DNA from: Klebsormidium nitens
Taxonomy: Eukaryota > Plantae > Klebsormidiophyceae
NCBI GenBank assembly: GCA_000708835.1
Contig: DF237230.1
Coordinates: 49,363 to 113,362 of the forward strand
Direction: 5' to 3'
DNA: 64,000 bases
The notes beneath the pieces were generated by a model, which saw nothing but the letters and a program-made list of their open reading frames with translations, did not search any database and was not told the DNA's origin. Numbering within the stretch: the first letter of the stretch is position 1; every line of letters starts with the position of its first letter. The translations under genes were made by a program, and so were the position numbers. Positions 12,701-24,472 of the stretch are shown here, piece after piece.

Positions 12701-15700
12701 CAATTTCACATCTTCAGTGTCCTGTATAGACCTCAAGGTTGTAAGTTGTTAGTCTTTCAGCGTAAGGGTCGGCAAGGACGAGAGAATACTGAGGATTGCT
12801 CGCTACCTCAGAAGGTGTCAGTAGCGGAAGCCCGCCGCTGATTCCCGTCAAGGCAGCACGCTTTTTGTGCTGGTTACACGTGTCGACACTGCAGTTGTCC
12901 GCTTTTTGATCAATGATAGCTTTTTCTCCCCGTTGTTTGTGCTTTCCGTGTTCCTTGGACCCGTTTTGATTGCAGCCCTTCCTCGGCCCTACCACATGAT
13001 GGTCAGTTGTATGTCTACACACAAATTCATGTCAAAGCACACCCTGATCGGGATCCTGAAGAAGAGCGGTTCTGTTTCGATCTTTACAACTGGTCATTCC
13101 ACTTGCGGATGAATGCTTGAGACCGGTTAAAGTAAGAGTGTCAATGACGCATAATGGGGCTCCTTGGTTTGAGGTCTTGACACCACCTAAGCGCAAAGCG
13201 GAACGTTAAGTCGACGCTCAAATTCCTGCGAGTAAGTCTGCTTATGTCCGTTGCTTCCTCCTAAACCACAACTAGGCACTTCAAGAAGAAAGACGACATC
13301 TGTGAAACAATTGATGTTGGTTGGTGCTAGTCTTTGAGTATTGATACGCAAAGGTCACTTTCCAGTCGTCCGAAGCTTTCGAGGGGAAACTTGGTGCCCC
13401 CAATTGAATGAGCGACTAGGACGAGCGTTCGAGTGGGGTCACGACCTCATCTGATCGTTTGTGGTAGGGACCCGACGCCGCTGGCTAAGAACCATGAAAG
13501 CCGCGATTTTTGCCTTTTGGTTCCGCTGCGAGACGCCGTTCGAGTGGATAAGCAAGCAAACGATTTCCGGGCGCCGCTGATGTAAGCTCCAGCATTGGCT
13601 ATCACGAAAGCATTGCAGCGCCTCTTGGCAGAGGCTGTAGTATGTCTCTGAAGCTACGTCTGCGCCAGTTAACTGTGTTGGTTGTTGTGTCTGAAAACAC
13701 GTCTCTGCTGTACGCATTCGGTCAAGGTGCAGCAAATGTGTTGTCCAGCTTAAACCCTGTGCGCAAACGCCCAAGTGGTGACCCTCATACTTACAAAAGT
13801 CTTCCGCCACACACGTTATACGTTTGCTCTCAGGCTTTTTAGAAGTCATCTGCTACGGGCTGCTATGATGAGCAGCGCTGTGGGACTACTCCCACGCCCT
13901 ACCGTCTGGACCGAAGCCGTTCTTTACTTTTCCCATCTTGCGTTTGTTTCTCTGTGAACTGAGTTTCCCACGGTTAGCTCTACTTGAGCGCTTGGTCGTC
14001 AAACTGGCCGATCCGCAATCCGGCAGCTTTGGGGCTTTCGCATGAGCCTGTCGGAACGAGCCATCCTTGTTCTCATGCTGTGACGCAACATTCTCGTTGT
14101 TCGACGCCCCGATGTGGCTCTGTTTCAGAATCTCAAGAATTATCAGATTTTGGGTTCCGGAGTTTTGCGATCACTAGTAACCGATCTGGATCTGGATTCA
14201 GAATGCATCTCTAGACTAGCTTTGCTGGCTCTGCATCAACGGAATGCGGTCGTTCCTCACGCTTGCAGTGAACCACGAAGCCCGCCTTTATCCTTGGCAA
14301 GGCGCATGCGCTCAAAAGTCGACACTGCAACAGTCTCCCTTTTTAGTATGTTTTCGTTGCTTTCTCGGCTTCTAAATTCCGCATCCTTTGCCGAAGCGAA
14401 CCGATCTAAAACTCCTTAGCTGTTTTTCTTACCAATCATTGTATGTCAGAATGTTACCTATCTTGGGCCTGAGCAAGCTTTGAACAGTCCTCTCCTTTCT
14501 TTGGCTTTCGCTTCCGGTTGCCTCCACGAACGAAGGAGACGGAAGCGATACAATCAAGTAAACCCTACACAGAGTCAGTCGTTCGCCCGGCAAAAGCGGC
14601 TAGGATGAAGTGCTCCCTGAGGTTGTCCGTCCTCATGAATTTCCTGTGAGCCGCTCTTTCAGAACCGTCGGTCTTGTTGAATGAGATGATGTCTTTGAGA
14701 ACAAACCAATGCATTCATAAGTGGGTCAGTTCAGAGGGAAGGCAGGGACGTTTCTCTCATTGAAGCATTGGGCCGAGACTAAAAGCCTCCGCTTGGTCCT
14801 TCGTTGGCACACCCCCTGTAGTAGCCCCTTCTTGGGCCCCTTCTGAAGTTGTTTTAAGAGCGCATCTTTTTATCAAACATTCGGAGCCCTCGTATATTGT
14901 TACCGTGAAATCACTGGCCTGCTCAGTTCGTCGACCTGTGATTTCTGAGGAGCTTGCTTGATGTTGACAATCTGCTCCACGCTACAGCAGTCTGATAAAA
15001 AGATGCCCATCTCATGGTGTTGACTCGCCAGCGCGCTCTACAAGCTATACCCAACTCTTGGCCGTGCTGTGCTCTTTGGTAGTTCCTCCGTCCGTTACAA
15101 TGCTACGCCTCTTTTTCTCGAAGAGCTGCTTCCATATTCTCTCCAATGACTGATTGTTCCTGCTTTCAATCAGGATAAGAATATTAAATTATCTGCTTTC
15201 CGACCCTTTATCTCCCTTCTATACCAAGGTCAAGGATCTAGACGCGGCCACTGGTTGCACAAGAGCTCGCTTCTTTTCATCGCTTTGCTGGACGGTCTTG
15301 TTCTTGAGTCGCTTATGCCGCTAACCGTTGTTGGTGCGACACCTTCCGTCATTCCTCTGCTCCAGCCAGGGACCCACCGGGCGTCCGTGGCTCTGAAATT
15401 CAGGATCCGCTGTTACTTTTGTCTGTACTCCCATTCACTCAAGTGAAACCTTCTTCTGGGTCACGGAAGTTCAAATACGCAGAGTGGTCGGCAGAATGCT
15501 CATAGTATCTTTTGTCCCTTCTCCAGGCACGGGTCACGGGGTCGGCGCGGCGCTCAACGTGCACGAGGGCCCGCAGGGCATCAGCGCGCGGTTCGGCAAC
15601 ATGACGGGGCTCCAGGCGGGGATGATCGTCAGCAACGAACCGGGCTACTACGAGGACGGCGCGTTTGGGATCAGAATAGAGGTGGGTCATGCTGACGTAT

Positions 15701-17041
15701 AGGGTGACGCGCTTACAGTGACGCTTTTTCTGGTTAGTTGCTTGAAGGCGACTTCGGATCATCCCTTTTGGGACGCCAAAAGATGTGGCTGGTATTCTCC
15801 GGCCTTTATCCTTTGGTATAACTAAGAGAGTCTTGTGCCTTTTGCTCCTTGGGCCAAATGCCGCAAACGGCCCAATTCTTGTCCGTGTGGCTGTTTGCAT
15901 CGTACGTACTGGCAATTCACAAGGATAGATTGGTGGAGGAGATTGGTCTTGCAAAAGTAGGGAGCACAACAGGCAGGGAGGTGGCCCTTCTGTCCTCCGT
16001 TTTCTCTAGTCTAGTGCGATCTCGGGATGTCCTTTACTGCGCTGACTACGCATTGTTTGTTGAATTCGAAGTAGCCTGTATTCTTCCACGGACTCAGCCT
16101 CAGCGACTGTTGGTATGCTTGATACCGTCTTTGCGCCCTTTGTTCTCGCGTCTGCTCGTGTTTCGCACGGTCTATAAGAAGTTGCTGAAAGGGGCTCCGT
16201 ATGACCTTCTTTACGCCTAACTGAACGCCTTTGACTTTCTGCAGAACCTGTTGGCCATCAAAGAGGTGTCTACACCGAATCGGTTCGGGGGGTCGGCTTT
16301 CTTGGGCTTCGAGCGCCTGACGTTTGTCCCCATCCAAACGTCGCTGTTGGAGCTGGCTCTCATGAGCGAGAGCGAGATCGAGTGGCTCAACGACTACCAT
16401 CATCAAGTTTGGGAAAAGGTAAGCGCTGCTTACTCACGTCCCCGGGAACCCAAAGATTGAGAAGCTTTTGCCTACGATCTGCTTAGGAGTTGCCTTGGAC
16501 GGTCGAAGTGCGACGGTGGAATTGTGAGCTCAACAGTTTCGCCATCTTATTCAGAAGGGTGCAACCTTTCAGGCGGCTGAAAAGAATTGAAATTGGCCGG
16601 AGGTTCACAGAGAAGCGTGCGAAGCTCCATACTTTGGGAAGAAGCTTGTCTGACGGTGCTTTCAAGACGATCATTGGTGTCTCTATGCGGAAGCTTTTAG
16701 TTAAGTTCTAAACGTTTAAGGAAAGCGTTCTGAGCATAATAGCTGCAAGAAGGCTTTCCAGAACGGGAGCTTCACAGAAGGGTTAGTAAGTGATTGGCTG
16801 CAAGAAAGGAGGTCCTTACTTTCGAAAGAGAAGTTGCTTCTCAAAAAGGGAAAAACCTTCTCGTCAAAGTCCTTCCCGCAGGAGCCTTGACCAGTAGATT
16901 TCCGCTTTCCAGGTGTCCCCTCTCGTGTCCGGCGACGCCAAGGCGTGGCTCAAGCGGTGGACTCGGCCAATTTCCAAAATCAAGTCGCCCTTTCCCGGGT
17001 CGCAAGCACATCCCGCTGAAAAGGTCCCGGCAGCTGTATAA
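725..17041 (+). CDS. APP: Xaa-Pro aminopeptidase P (M24B family), 3' part; 5' exons lie upstream of the window
   Basis: Exons 725-879, 2153-2286, 2621-2756, 3779-3887, 15527-15681, 16245-16418, 16913-17041 (TAA), all with AG/GT borders and compatible phases. They splice to [29 protein letters not shown]...[17 protein letters not shown]...[18 protein letters not shown]...DYRHGTGHGVG..LNVHEGP...[19 protein letters not shown]...[13 protein letters not shown]. The metal-binding D, D, H, E, E motifs of aminopeptidase P are present. Confidence 0.95.
3888..15526 (+). other. Giant intron (11,639 bp) of the aminopeptidase P gene
   Basis: GTGAG donor at 3888 after ...CGG CAC G; CTCCAG acceptor ending 15526 before GC ACG GGT CAC. 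The junction rebuilds the conserved HGTGHG motif. No intervening aminopeptidase-like exon was seen. Confidence 0.85.
8771..11862. repeat. Direct duplication of ~1.26 kb (8771-~10033 and 10592-~11862), with a third more diverged copy at ~13155-13500
   Basis: Colinear alignment by eye. 8881-8970 is identical to 10700-10789 (90 bp). The third copy shares e.g. GAGCG(G/A)CTAGGACGAGCGT and AACAATTGATGT. Confidence 0.9.
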
Positions 17042-19622
17042 GGGAGCTAGATTGGCATTGCAGATTCGATAAGATGCTCGAAGGACTTGCCGTAGACTGA
17101 GCACCGGCGATTTATGGCGGGAAGGGGTCACGGACAAGACTGCTGACCGGACCTACCCGAACTGTACAGGAGTGTAGACTTTGAGCTGCTTTGCGTCTAG
17201 GATGGGCACAAGGATGGACGGAACGTTGTACACAACATGATAGAAAGCGTGTGTACATGCATACAATTGTGTCGTTCCTCTTGGCGACGACTCAGCAATC
17301 TCGACTCGACAGACGTTCCTTACCATGCCTCTGTCAAAGGCGGTCTTCGGAGTTGCACTTTCAGGTACCGCCCTGTCCTTATGCAAATTTGAATCTGTTC
17401 CCGATAATGAGATTGGTTTAAAACATCGACAGTTATGCGGCTCGCTGTGGTCTCATGAACTGACAAGGTCCATCGGATCATAATCCGGCACGTTTTGTAG
17501 TTACTTTGAAACCGACGGTGCATGCAGTGCACCATGGGTAGGCATTGAAGAGTTCACGAGTCGTTTTCCGACCATCAAGGAAGTTGCAGTAATGATAGAG
17601 GCGAAGCTGAATGCTTCAGGTTTACTCACACACGTTCGCGGCGGCACAATCATTGCGTGAGTCACGTGTTGTGCGACTCGGCGAAGCCGGAGGAAGCCGT
17701 CATACTCCTTTTGATCCCACTCTAGTTCACTGCATTACTGTTTGCAGCCATGCATGCACTGACTTCTGCTCGAAGACCGATTTCGGATCAAGCTATAAAT
17801 CATCATGTGCGTCCGATCTTCTTGACATGGCACGTGCGTCCGACTTGGTGACGTGCAGAGAGCCGCCATGCGGCCGGCAAATGATGTGTCTGTGGGAAAG
17901 AACGCCGTCATAACATGCGGTAACGCGTTACCGCATTCGACGAGGGATCTTATTCAATCTAATTTTGCATCCACTGATTCAGCAGTGACCCCGGGCCGGG
18001 GCCGTCGCTTACCGAAAACGATCGTCATCACTCCATGATTCGCAATTTTAATGTTTAATTGATGATATATTGATGTAGTTTGGACCAGAAAAGACTCAAA
18101 CATGATCCGACGAAGAGAAATTGCAAAACCCCGCCGCTCCGGTGAAACGTCGGAGCAAATATCAACGCCCTCTCTTCATGTTACGATTCAGCATCAGCCC
18201 CTGAAGGTCTGGGAGGGTTTGAGGCAATATTTCTGTCGGAAAGCAGGGTGAGTTCAGTTTCTCAAGTGCGGGAGGCTAGCTATACCCACCGCTAACATTA
18301 ATCTCTGCGGAAGGGCTTTTACAAATCGGCGCTGACGTCATGATTTCTCCAGCGCCAGTGGCAGGTTTGACGTCATCCCCGAGCCCCTACCGTCGTACGC
18401 CGAAAGGGCAATAGGAACCGCGTTGGCTGACTGGCAGCACCGGCTATAAGTGACAAATTGCTCGAGTGTGCTCAGCTTAAGCCACATGATACGGTTGAGC
18501 GATTTTTGGGAGTCGGAGATGTTTGAACCCTCAGGCACAGGAACATAGAGAAAAGGCAGATCTGGTTAATGACCCTGGTGGGTCTCATTCAACTGAGCCG
18601 CGCATTCGGTTGGCAACAATGAGAGTGACGGGCAGTATGCAGTTCCAGCTGGCAGCCACACCTGTCTCGAAAAATTCGGGCTCGTTCTTAAATGAGCTTG
18701 TCACCTGTTAACGAGCTGAGAGAGGGAGAGATCAAGAGAAAAGAACGTATTAACCGCAAGTTAGAGTCACTGAATAGTCTCGACTTTCATTTGAGAATTG
18801 TCATTAATCCGGGTCCTGATTCTTAGTGTACAAAAGTGCGGCTGCGCCGCCTGAGATGTCGGCGACCCATCGTGTGAGAAATGAAGCTGAAAGGAATTAC
18901 CGGCGCTTCTTGCGCTTTGATTACCTGCAAACGTATTTCACTTCTGCATCTTCGAAAAGATTAGCTTCAAACATGAGGTTTCGCGCTCTCTACTCGCACA
19001 TTTCAATCAGACCCAGTCGTCACATCATGCGGTGCCACGCTTGCTCGTCACTTGACATGACGGCCTCGGCGCGTTTCCGCCAGAAAGGGGCTTCGCTCCA
19101 CGTCATGTATTACTGACGAGACTAGAATGCTGCATGGAGTTCAGACTGGCAGTTTAGAGGGGACTGCCCTGACCGGAGGTTGTGTTGATGTGACAGCATG
19201 CAGAAGCGATTTTAATTGATGGGGAACGAGGTTCACAGGTGACTCTTCAGGATTAAGGAAGACTGACTATTCACAGGTGGCCGCTTCAAAGTTGCGTTGG
19301 GGTATGTTCCATTTAGTGAGGACCTCTGCAGAAAGGTCGGCGGGCCGTACAATCTCACTCGGCGTCTGGGTTCCACGCGTTTCTGGCCCGTCTCTGGCGC
19401 AGAAATGTTGGAAAGTTAAGGTCCGCAGCTGCCGGTCTCGGATCAGGTGAAACCCTGGTTAGATCCTCTCTGTTGCCCATCAGGATTCTCTGTACCTTCT
19501 TAACTTGGCTGTGGGTTGATCCAGTCATTTAGGCTTCCTAAGTGACCTTCTCAATTTCTGAAGCGCACCGGACAAAAGGTAGATCGAAGAGGTGCTCAAG
19601 TTCGCTAAGATTCGGTCTTGTC

Positions 19623-21023
19623 ATGGGTTTTTCAAGCGGATCTGTCGGTTCTGGCTCTGGAGGACGCATCCTGAAGCCGGCCGCCGTAATCATGGTCGTT
19701 CTTCTGGTTGCTGCCGGAATCATGGGAAGAATTTCCTTTTGGGACTCGGCTCTTGGCGTTGGTGACGCTGGTTTGGTGAGTATGACTCTACGCGTCGCCC
19801 CAAAGCTGGCAATAGATAGGTCTGGGAGGACTGTCCCTGAGCCGGTTGTTGGCACGGCCATAGAAGCCTGGAAAAACGGCTCTCTGAGTGGCAGGCAATT
19901 ACATGACAAGTTGGGACTCACGAACTTCGCAGTTATTCCGGCAATCTACAACTGTTTCAATGCGCCGTACGAGGGGCTGGAAAGAGGGGACGGACAGCCG
20001 TGCTTTTACGTGAGGACTCCGATCCCGGTGATTGGAATGAACACGGTGAATAACCCGAAGATGCTCCGACGGCTCGTTCTGAGTATTGACGTCCCCGTGC
20101 AAGTCATAGTCATCGTTGTGAACACCATTCCGGGAGAAGCCGGGAAGCAGGATGAGCAGGATATGATGGCCGTTATAGACGAGCTGCAAGAACTGATCGG
20201 GAGGGCCTTCTTTAAGGTCATCAGAAGCGGGTGCAACCGGGGCTGTGCCGGTGGTTGGAACTCCATTATCCACTCGACGTCGAGCGCTCCTTGGTGGCTC
20301 GTCATCAATGATGACGCAGCCTTTACGCCCGGCGCGCTGCGCACGCTCCACGATTACGTCAGCGGCACGCCGGACGTGGCCGTGTATAAGCTCACGGGGT
20401 TCCAAGTGTTTGTGCTGACGCAGCTCGCGGTGGCCAAAGTGGGGGTGTTCGACGAGAATATCTGGCCTGCTTACGCCGAAGACTGTGACTACGACCTACG
20501 TATCCAGCTCAGCGGAGTCTTGGTCGCTCCCAGACCCCCTGAATTTACCAATATTCATGGGGACCCAGAGTCGGGTGCTTCCTCGTCTCTTGTGACTTCC
20601 AGGGGGGGTGGTCACCCCGACTACGGGCGGCGGAACCAATGCTCCCATACGAACAACAGGATGTATTACCAGAAGAAGTGGAATTTGTCTTCCCAGAGTT
20701 GTGGGAAGCAGCTTGAGGGGATGTTCCTCACGCCGCACGGCAACCCTTCTCGAAGCCTCGCCAGCTGGACGTTCGACGAAGCGCTTCGTGCCCGGTCCGA
20801 GACGTGCTGGGATCCGGCCAACAGTATAGACAACTGGGTTCAAGAGGACGGTCCAAGCTTCTTCGCCGAGGTTGCTCTCGAAGGGGACCTCCCTGCTTCT
20901 GACTGCAAAGAAGGACTCGTTACTCTTCAGCCAAATAGAACGGCTGAGCTAGGTAGCGTTGGAGCCTCGCTAGAGAGTGGACTGAAGACACCTCCGTGCG
21001 TCTCTCCTTTCGCAGGATTGTAA
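19623..21023 (+). CDS. Intronless GT2-like (GT-A fold) glycosyltransferase with N-terminal membrane anchor
   Basis: Single 493-codon ORF 19542-21023; the likely ATG is 19623. Hydrophobic AAVIMVVLLVAAGIMG anchor. Motifs PIPVIG...LVLSIDVPVQVIVIVVN, NRGCAGGWN, WLVINDDA (DxD-like), GVFDENIWPAYAEDCDYDLR. Confidence 0.85.
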   Translation: MGFSSGSVGSGSGGRILKPAAVIMVVLLVAAGIMGRISFWDSALGVGDAGLVSMTLRVAPKLAIDRSGRTVPEPVVGTAIEAWKNGSLSGRQLHDKLGLTNFAVIPAIYNCFNAPYEGLERGDGQPCFYVRTPIPVIGMNTVNNPKMLRRLVLSIDVPVQVIVIVVNTIPGEAGKQDEQDMMAVIDELQELIGRAFFKVIRSGCNRGCAGGWNSIIHSTSSAPWWLVINDDAAFTPGALRTLHDYVSGTPDVAVYKLTGFQVFVLTQLAVAKVGVFDENIWPAYAEDCDYDLRIQLSGVLVAPRPPEFTNIHGDPESGASSSLVTSRGGGHPDYGRRNQCSHTNNRMYYQKKWNLSSQSCGKQLEGMFLTPHGNPSRSLASWTFDEALRARSETCWDPANSIDNWVQEDGPSFFAEVALEGDLPASDCKEGLVTLQPNRTAELGSVGASLESGLKTPPCVSPFAGL

Positions 21024-23340
21024 TGTAATCGTTTTTGGAAATGTTCATCCGTGTGAGTGTCACGCTTACGTTATCGAGTCGCACGTGGCGTGGGTCAGCC
21101 GTGTTGCGTCCTAGCCACCTGACGAACGTGTCCGTTAGTCAAACGGCCAAAGAGTCATTCAAGGTCTTAAAATAAGAAAGAGCTAGCCATCAATCTGGAG
21201 CGGTCTTCCTCCTCTGAAGGTCCTGTAAGGCCATGGCATTATGATACGATGCAGACGGACTAGCTAGACTGGCGGAGGATGGTCTCGAATCTGCTCGAAT
21301 GTGTTCTAAACCCCCGAAGTCTACACATATAAGTTGATGTTGATTATGTGGCACATGAAACCTCAAAGAACTCCTATAGAGCATGAGTGAAACAGAGTCT
21401 TCTATATTGGCATAGCGAGGTACACTAGCTTTATTGGCGGTCGCTCACAGCTCATTATCTTTTTGTGTTATTTTCAAGTCGATGAATCCCAATTCCCATA
21501 ATCTGTTCATTTTGATTCACCAGACTCGAACGTCCGCTTAGTACAGCTTTTCGTGGCACGCCGGATGTGGCGGCCGAGGCTCGACGCCCTTGGAGGGTCG
21601 AATGTAGGTGACCTTAAAGTTCCTCTACAAAATGGATGGGATGGAGTCCGCTGAATACACATTACGATCATAAAAATGAATTAATACCTTGCTATGATAC
21701 ACAAGAACCGCTTGATATTTTCGGTGTGTTTGAAGGGCCGAGCAATATCATGCGGTTTCAGATATGCGGGCGCGGGGCGCAACCTGTTCTGAGCTGTTGG
21801 TTGCTGTAACGCTTGAACGCTGAAAAGCGCGCACGGCTTCTATGTGCTATCGACACAACGACCGTGATCGTTCCTGCTAGCAAGAAACTTGAAAGGTGGC
21901 GTGCATGTTTACGAATGCGTAATCAGTCCGTTCATTACGTGGGAGCTCATCCAGCTGAGCCTCGCAGATTCGCATCCACAGTCTCACGATGGGGCTGTCG
22001 TTGTCTTGTTTACAGCGCGCGGAACTCCCATGCATGGAATACTACTATCTCGTTTCGCAACTCATAGATTTGGTTCAGCAGCAAACCAGTACCGGGCTTC
22101 GAGCCCTTACATGAGAAAACTTAAAAGGCTGCAATCTGAGCAAGCCCATATATATTATAACCTCGCCCTCGGACCGAAAGTCTCAATCATCAACCCCACC
22201 AACTTCGTGATTGTCAAAGTACGCCTGCATTCATTGGCTCTCGTGGTGACGTCAGATACCGTACTGGAGGTAGTGCAAAAGCTACAGGCGCTCCTTTTGT
22301 GGCCGTCGCCTTCCCTCAAAGTTCATTTAATTTTATCAAATGTCCTTTCATTTCCTTTCCTTTCCTTTAATTTCCTTTAATCTCCTTTGAATTCCCAAGC
22401 CGCCGCATCAGTTGGGCTGGGCGCAGGCTTTCGAGGTTCTGGCTACTCCCTGTCAAGTCAGGTCAAAGCATCACCTAACATGCATGTGACAATCTCGCAA
22501 CAGGCCGATCGAGTGTGAGGATTCCCTGACTGAGCAAGCCCAAACGGCAATTAGTTTGCGACCGTCAGCCATTCTACAACCATTCTTCACCAGCTCACTA
22601 GAAGCAATATTGGAAGCGCTTTCCCGTAACGACGGAGGTCAACGAGCCCTGCCATTCCGGCCTGAGCCGGAGACGGAGGTCATAAGGTCACTTCAATGAT
22701 CTTCCTCTCACCTTTCCTGATCGGCACTCCCTGTATCTATGCTTGCTCCCGACTTGATTGTCCATCCACGTCCGAGCGGCAAATGCTTTGATCGATCATG
22801 AGCCGGAAGGACAAAAGCGGCCGTACAGACATTCATATGTTCAACCAGGCGCGAATTAGACTCCGACGGGCTGTCCGGACAATTAGTAGTCGTGTTTGAC
22901 TCATGGGGCCGCCACGCCTCCGCCGCGCTAATTTGGTGCTCATAGCGCGGGCATGACGCCCCGCAATTTCTTGATGTGACGCCTCCCGACCGCGCGGGGC
23001 GGCTGATTTTCAAGGTGCGCCCTGGCCTGATGTAGCTTCTTGTCAGCTAGTGGGCTTCCGATCCTGAGGTAGCTAAATCCCCCGGCTTTTAGCGATTGGA
23101 CTCGCATACAGATCTAGTAGCGCAGGCCATATTGATCTTGTAGGACTATTGTACTTTTTTCTGAAAATGGGGCACCTACCGGTATTCTTATAGAAAACTT
23201 TCAAAGAAATTTTGCCCAGGACGACGTTCACGACGAGGACACGATTCCATCAATATAGGGGCCCGGCCAGGAGGGTTGAGACGCAACTCCTATTTCACTT
23301 CAGAGCCATTTCACTTTAACTTCCAAGCTTCCTGGGCAAA

Positions 23341-23440
23341 CCAAAAAAGAACCCTAACCGACAGAATCACCCGCTCCACGCCCGAACCCACCCTAACCGC
23401 CAAACCAACCTACCCGTCTCCCGGGCGCCTATCCTAAGTG
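23341..23440 (+). mobile_element. Copy of a short interspersed MITE-like family (also at 33449-33613 and 39335-39445)
   Basis: Shared core CCTAACC...ATCACCCGCTCC(A/G)C(G/A)CCC(G/C)AACCCACCCTAACC...ACCCGTC(T/C)CCCGGG(C/T)(G/A)CCTATC(C/T)TA. Confidence 0.7.
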
Positions 23441-24472
23441 AAATGGCTGTTGAGTGTAATGGGAGTTACCAGACTCCAGAGTGTCAGAGACGACTAAGCA
23501 GATACATCATGCATTAAATGCATGCACATTGCGCAGCGCATGGTCGGAAACTCACATGCTCGGTGACAGCATGCGGGAACTTCGCGGTTACCGTAAGTTA
23601 GATTCGATCTGTAAAGCGTCGAAGTTCCCAACCCCATGGTAACGGTATCGTCTAACTAGTTTCCTGAACCCACAGCCTGCTCACTTCGCGCCCCTCCTCG
23701 TCCCAACGCCCCTAGCTAACCCACCTTTGAAGTGTCAGGTTTGAGTGATATTACCATTCATGGAATCGACGGAATATCATGGTAGTGTTACCCTATGTTG
23801 AAAATCTTTGTTAATCCTGATGCCATTATGGCATCATTGGTCATGCCCCGCCGTTCCAACTTCTGACGCCGCGGCGCGGTCGAAGCTGCCACCAACCTTC
23901 CCCAGCTTGCGGGGTTTGTACCGGCTTCCCTGACGATTTACCGGTCATAATCAGGCGGGACAAACCGCCCGGCACGGGTTGGGCGCCCACCGTTTGACAG
24001 CCGATTTTTCAGCCGGTAGTTGTCTTTGGGACCGGTGAATTCATTTCTGCGCCGGCCGGGTGCACATTGCACAGTGCACACCGGTAATACGCATTGACCG
24101 GGCGCCGGGGGACGACGGTCTCCACAGTACGGTACTTCAGTGTTGACTTTTTCTGTGCGCCACTCCCGTGTTTTCATGCTCACCAATCATATATTCGCAT
24201 TGCGATCAAGGAGTTTTCTAACTATTGCCATTGGTGCGAGCCTCACGTCTGATTGGATCAGCGCAGCAGCGGTGGTCCCCATCCCTAGCGAGCTTTCCCT
24301 TCCCTCATAGCCCTCCCCAACTTCTTTCCTCTGCATTTCAAGATCCGCCCCCCAGCATCAGAACCCCTAACCCCCGGGCCGCTGCCGTCTGAATCTATCG
24401 GTGCCCTTACGCACAAGCTAGCTGAAGAGATATCGTGCAGGCCTCAAGAATCAATCTAGATCAGGCAAGACA

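Noticed and set aside
13396-13430. Minus-strand [12 protein letters not shown] resembling an alpha/beta-hydrolase nucleophile elbow
   Set aside because: The Ser is absent in the two sister copies and this is not the frame favoured by the substitution pattern.
21813-22380. 84- and 163-aa ORFs between the GT2 and the two-TM gene
   Set aside because: No motifs or clear splice structure; the end runs into a (TTTCC)n low-complexity tract.
23938-24086. Possible MITE bounded by TACCGGT...ACCGGTA
   Set aside because: Only a 7-bp self-palindromic match; insufficient.
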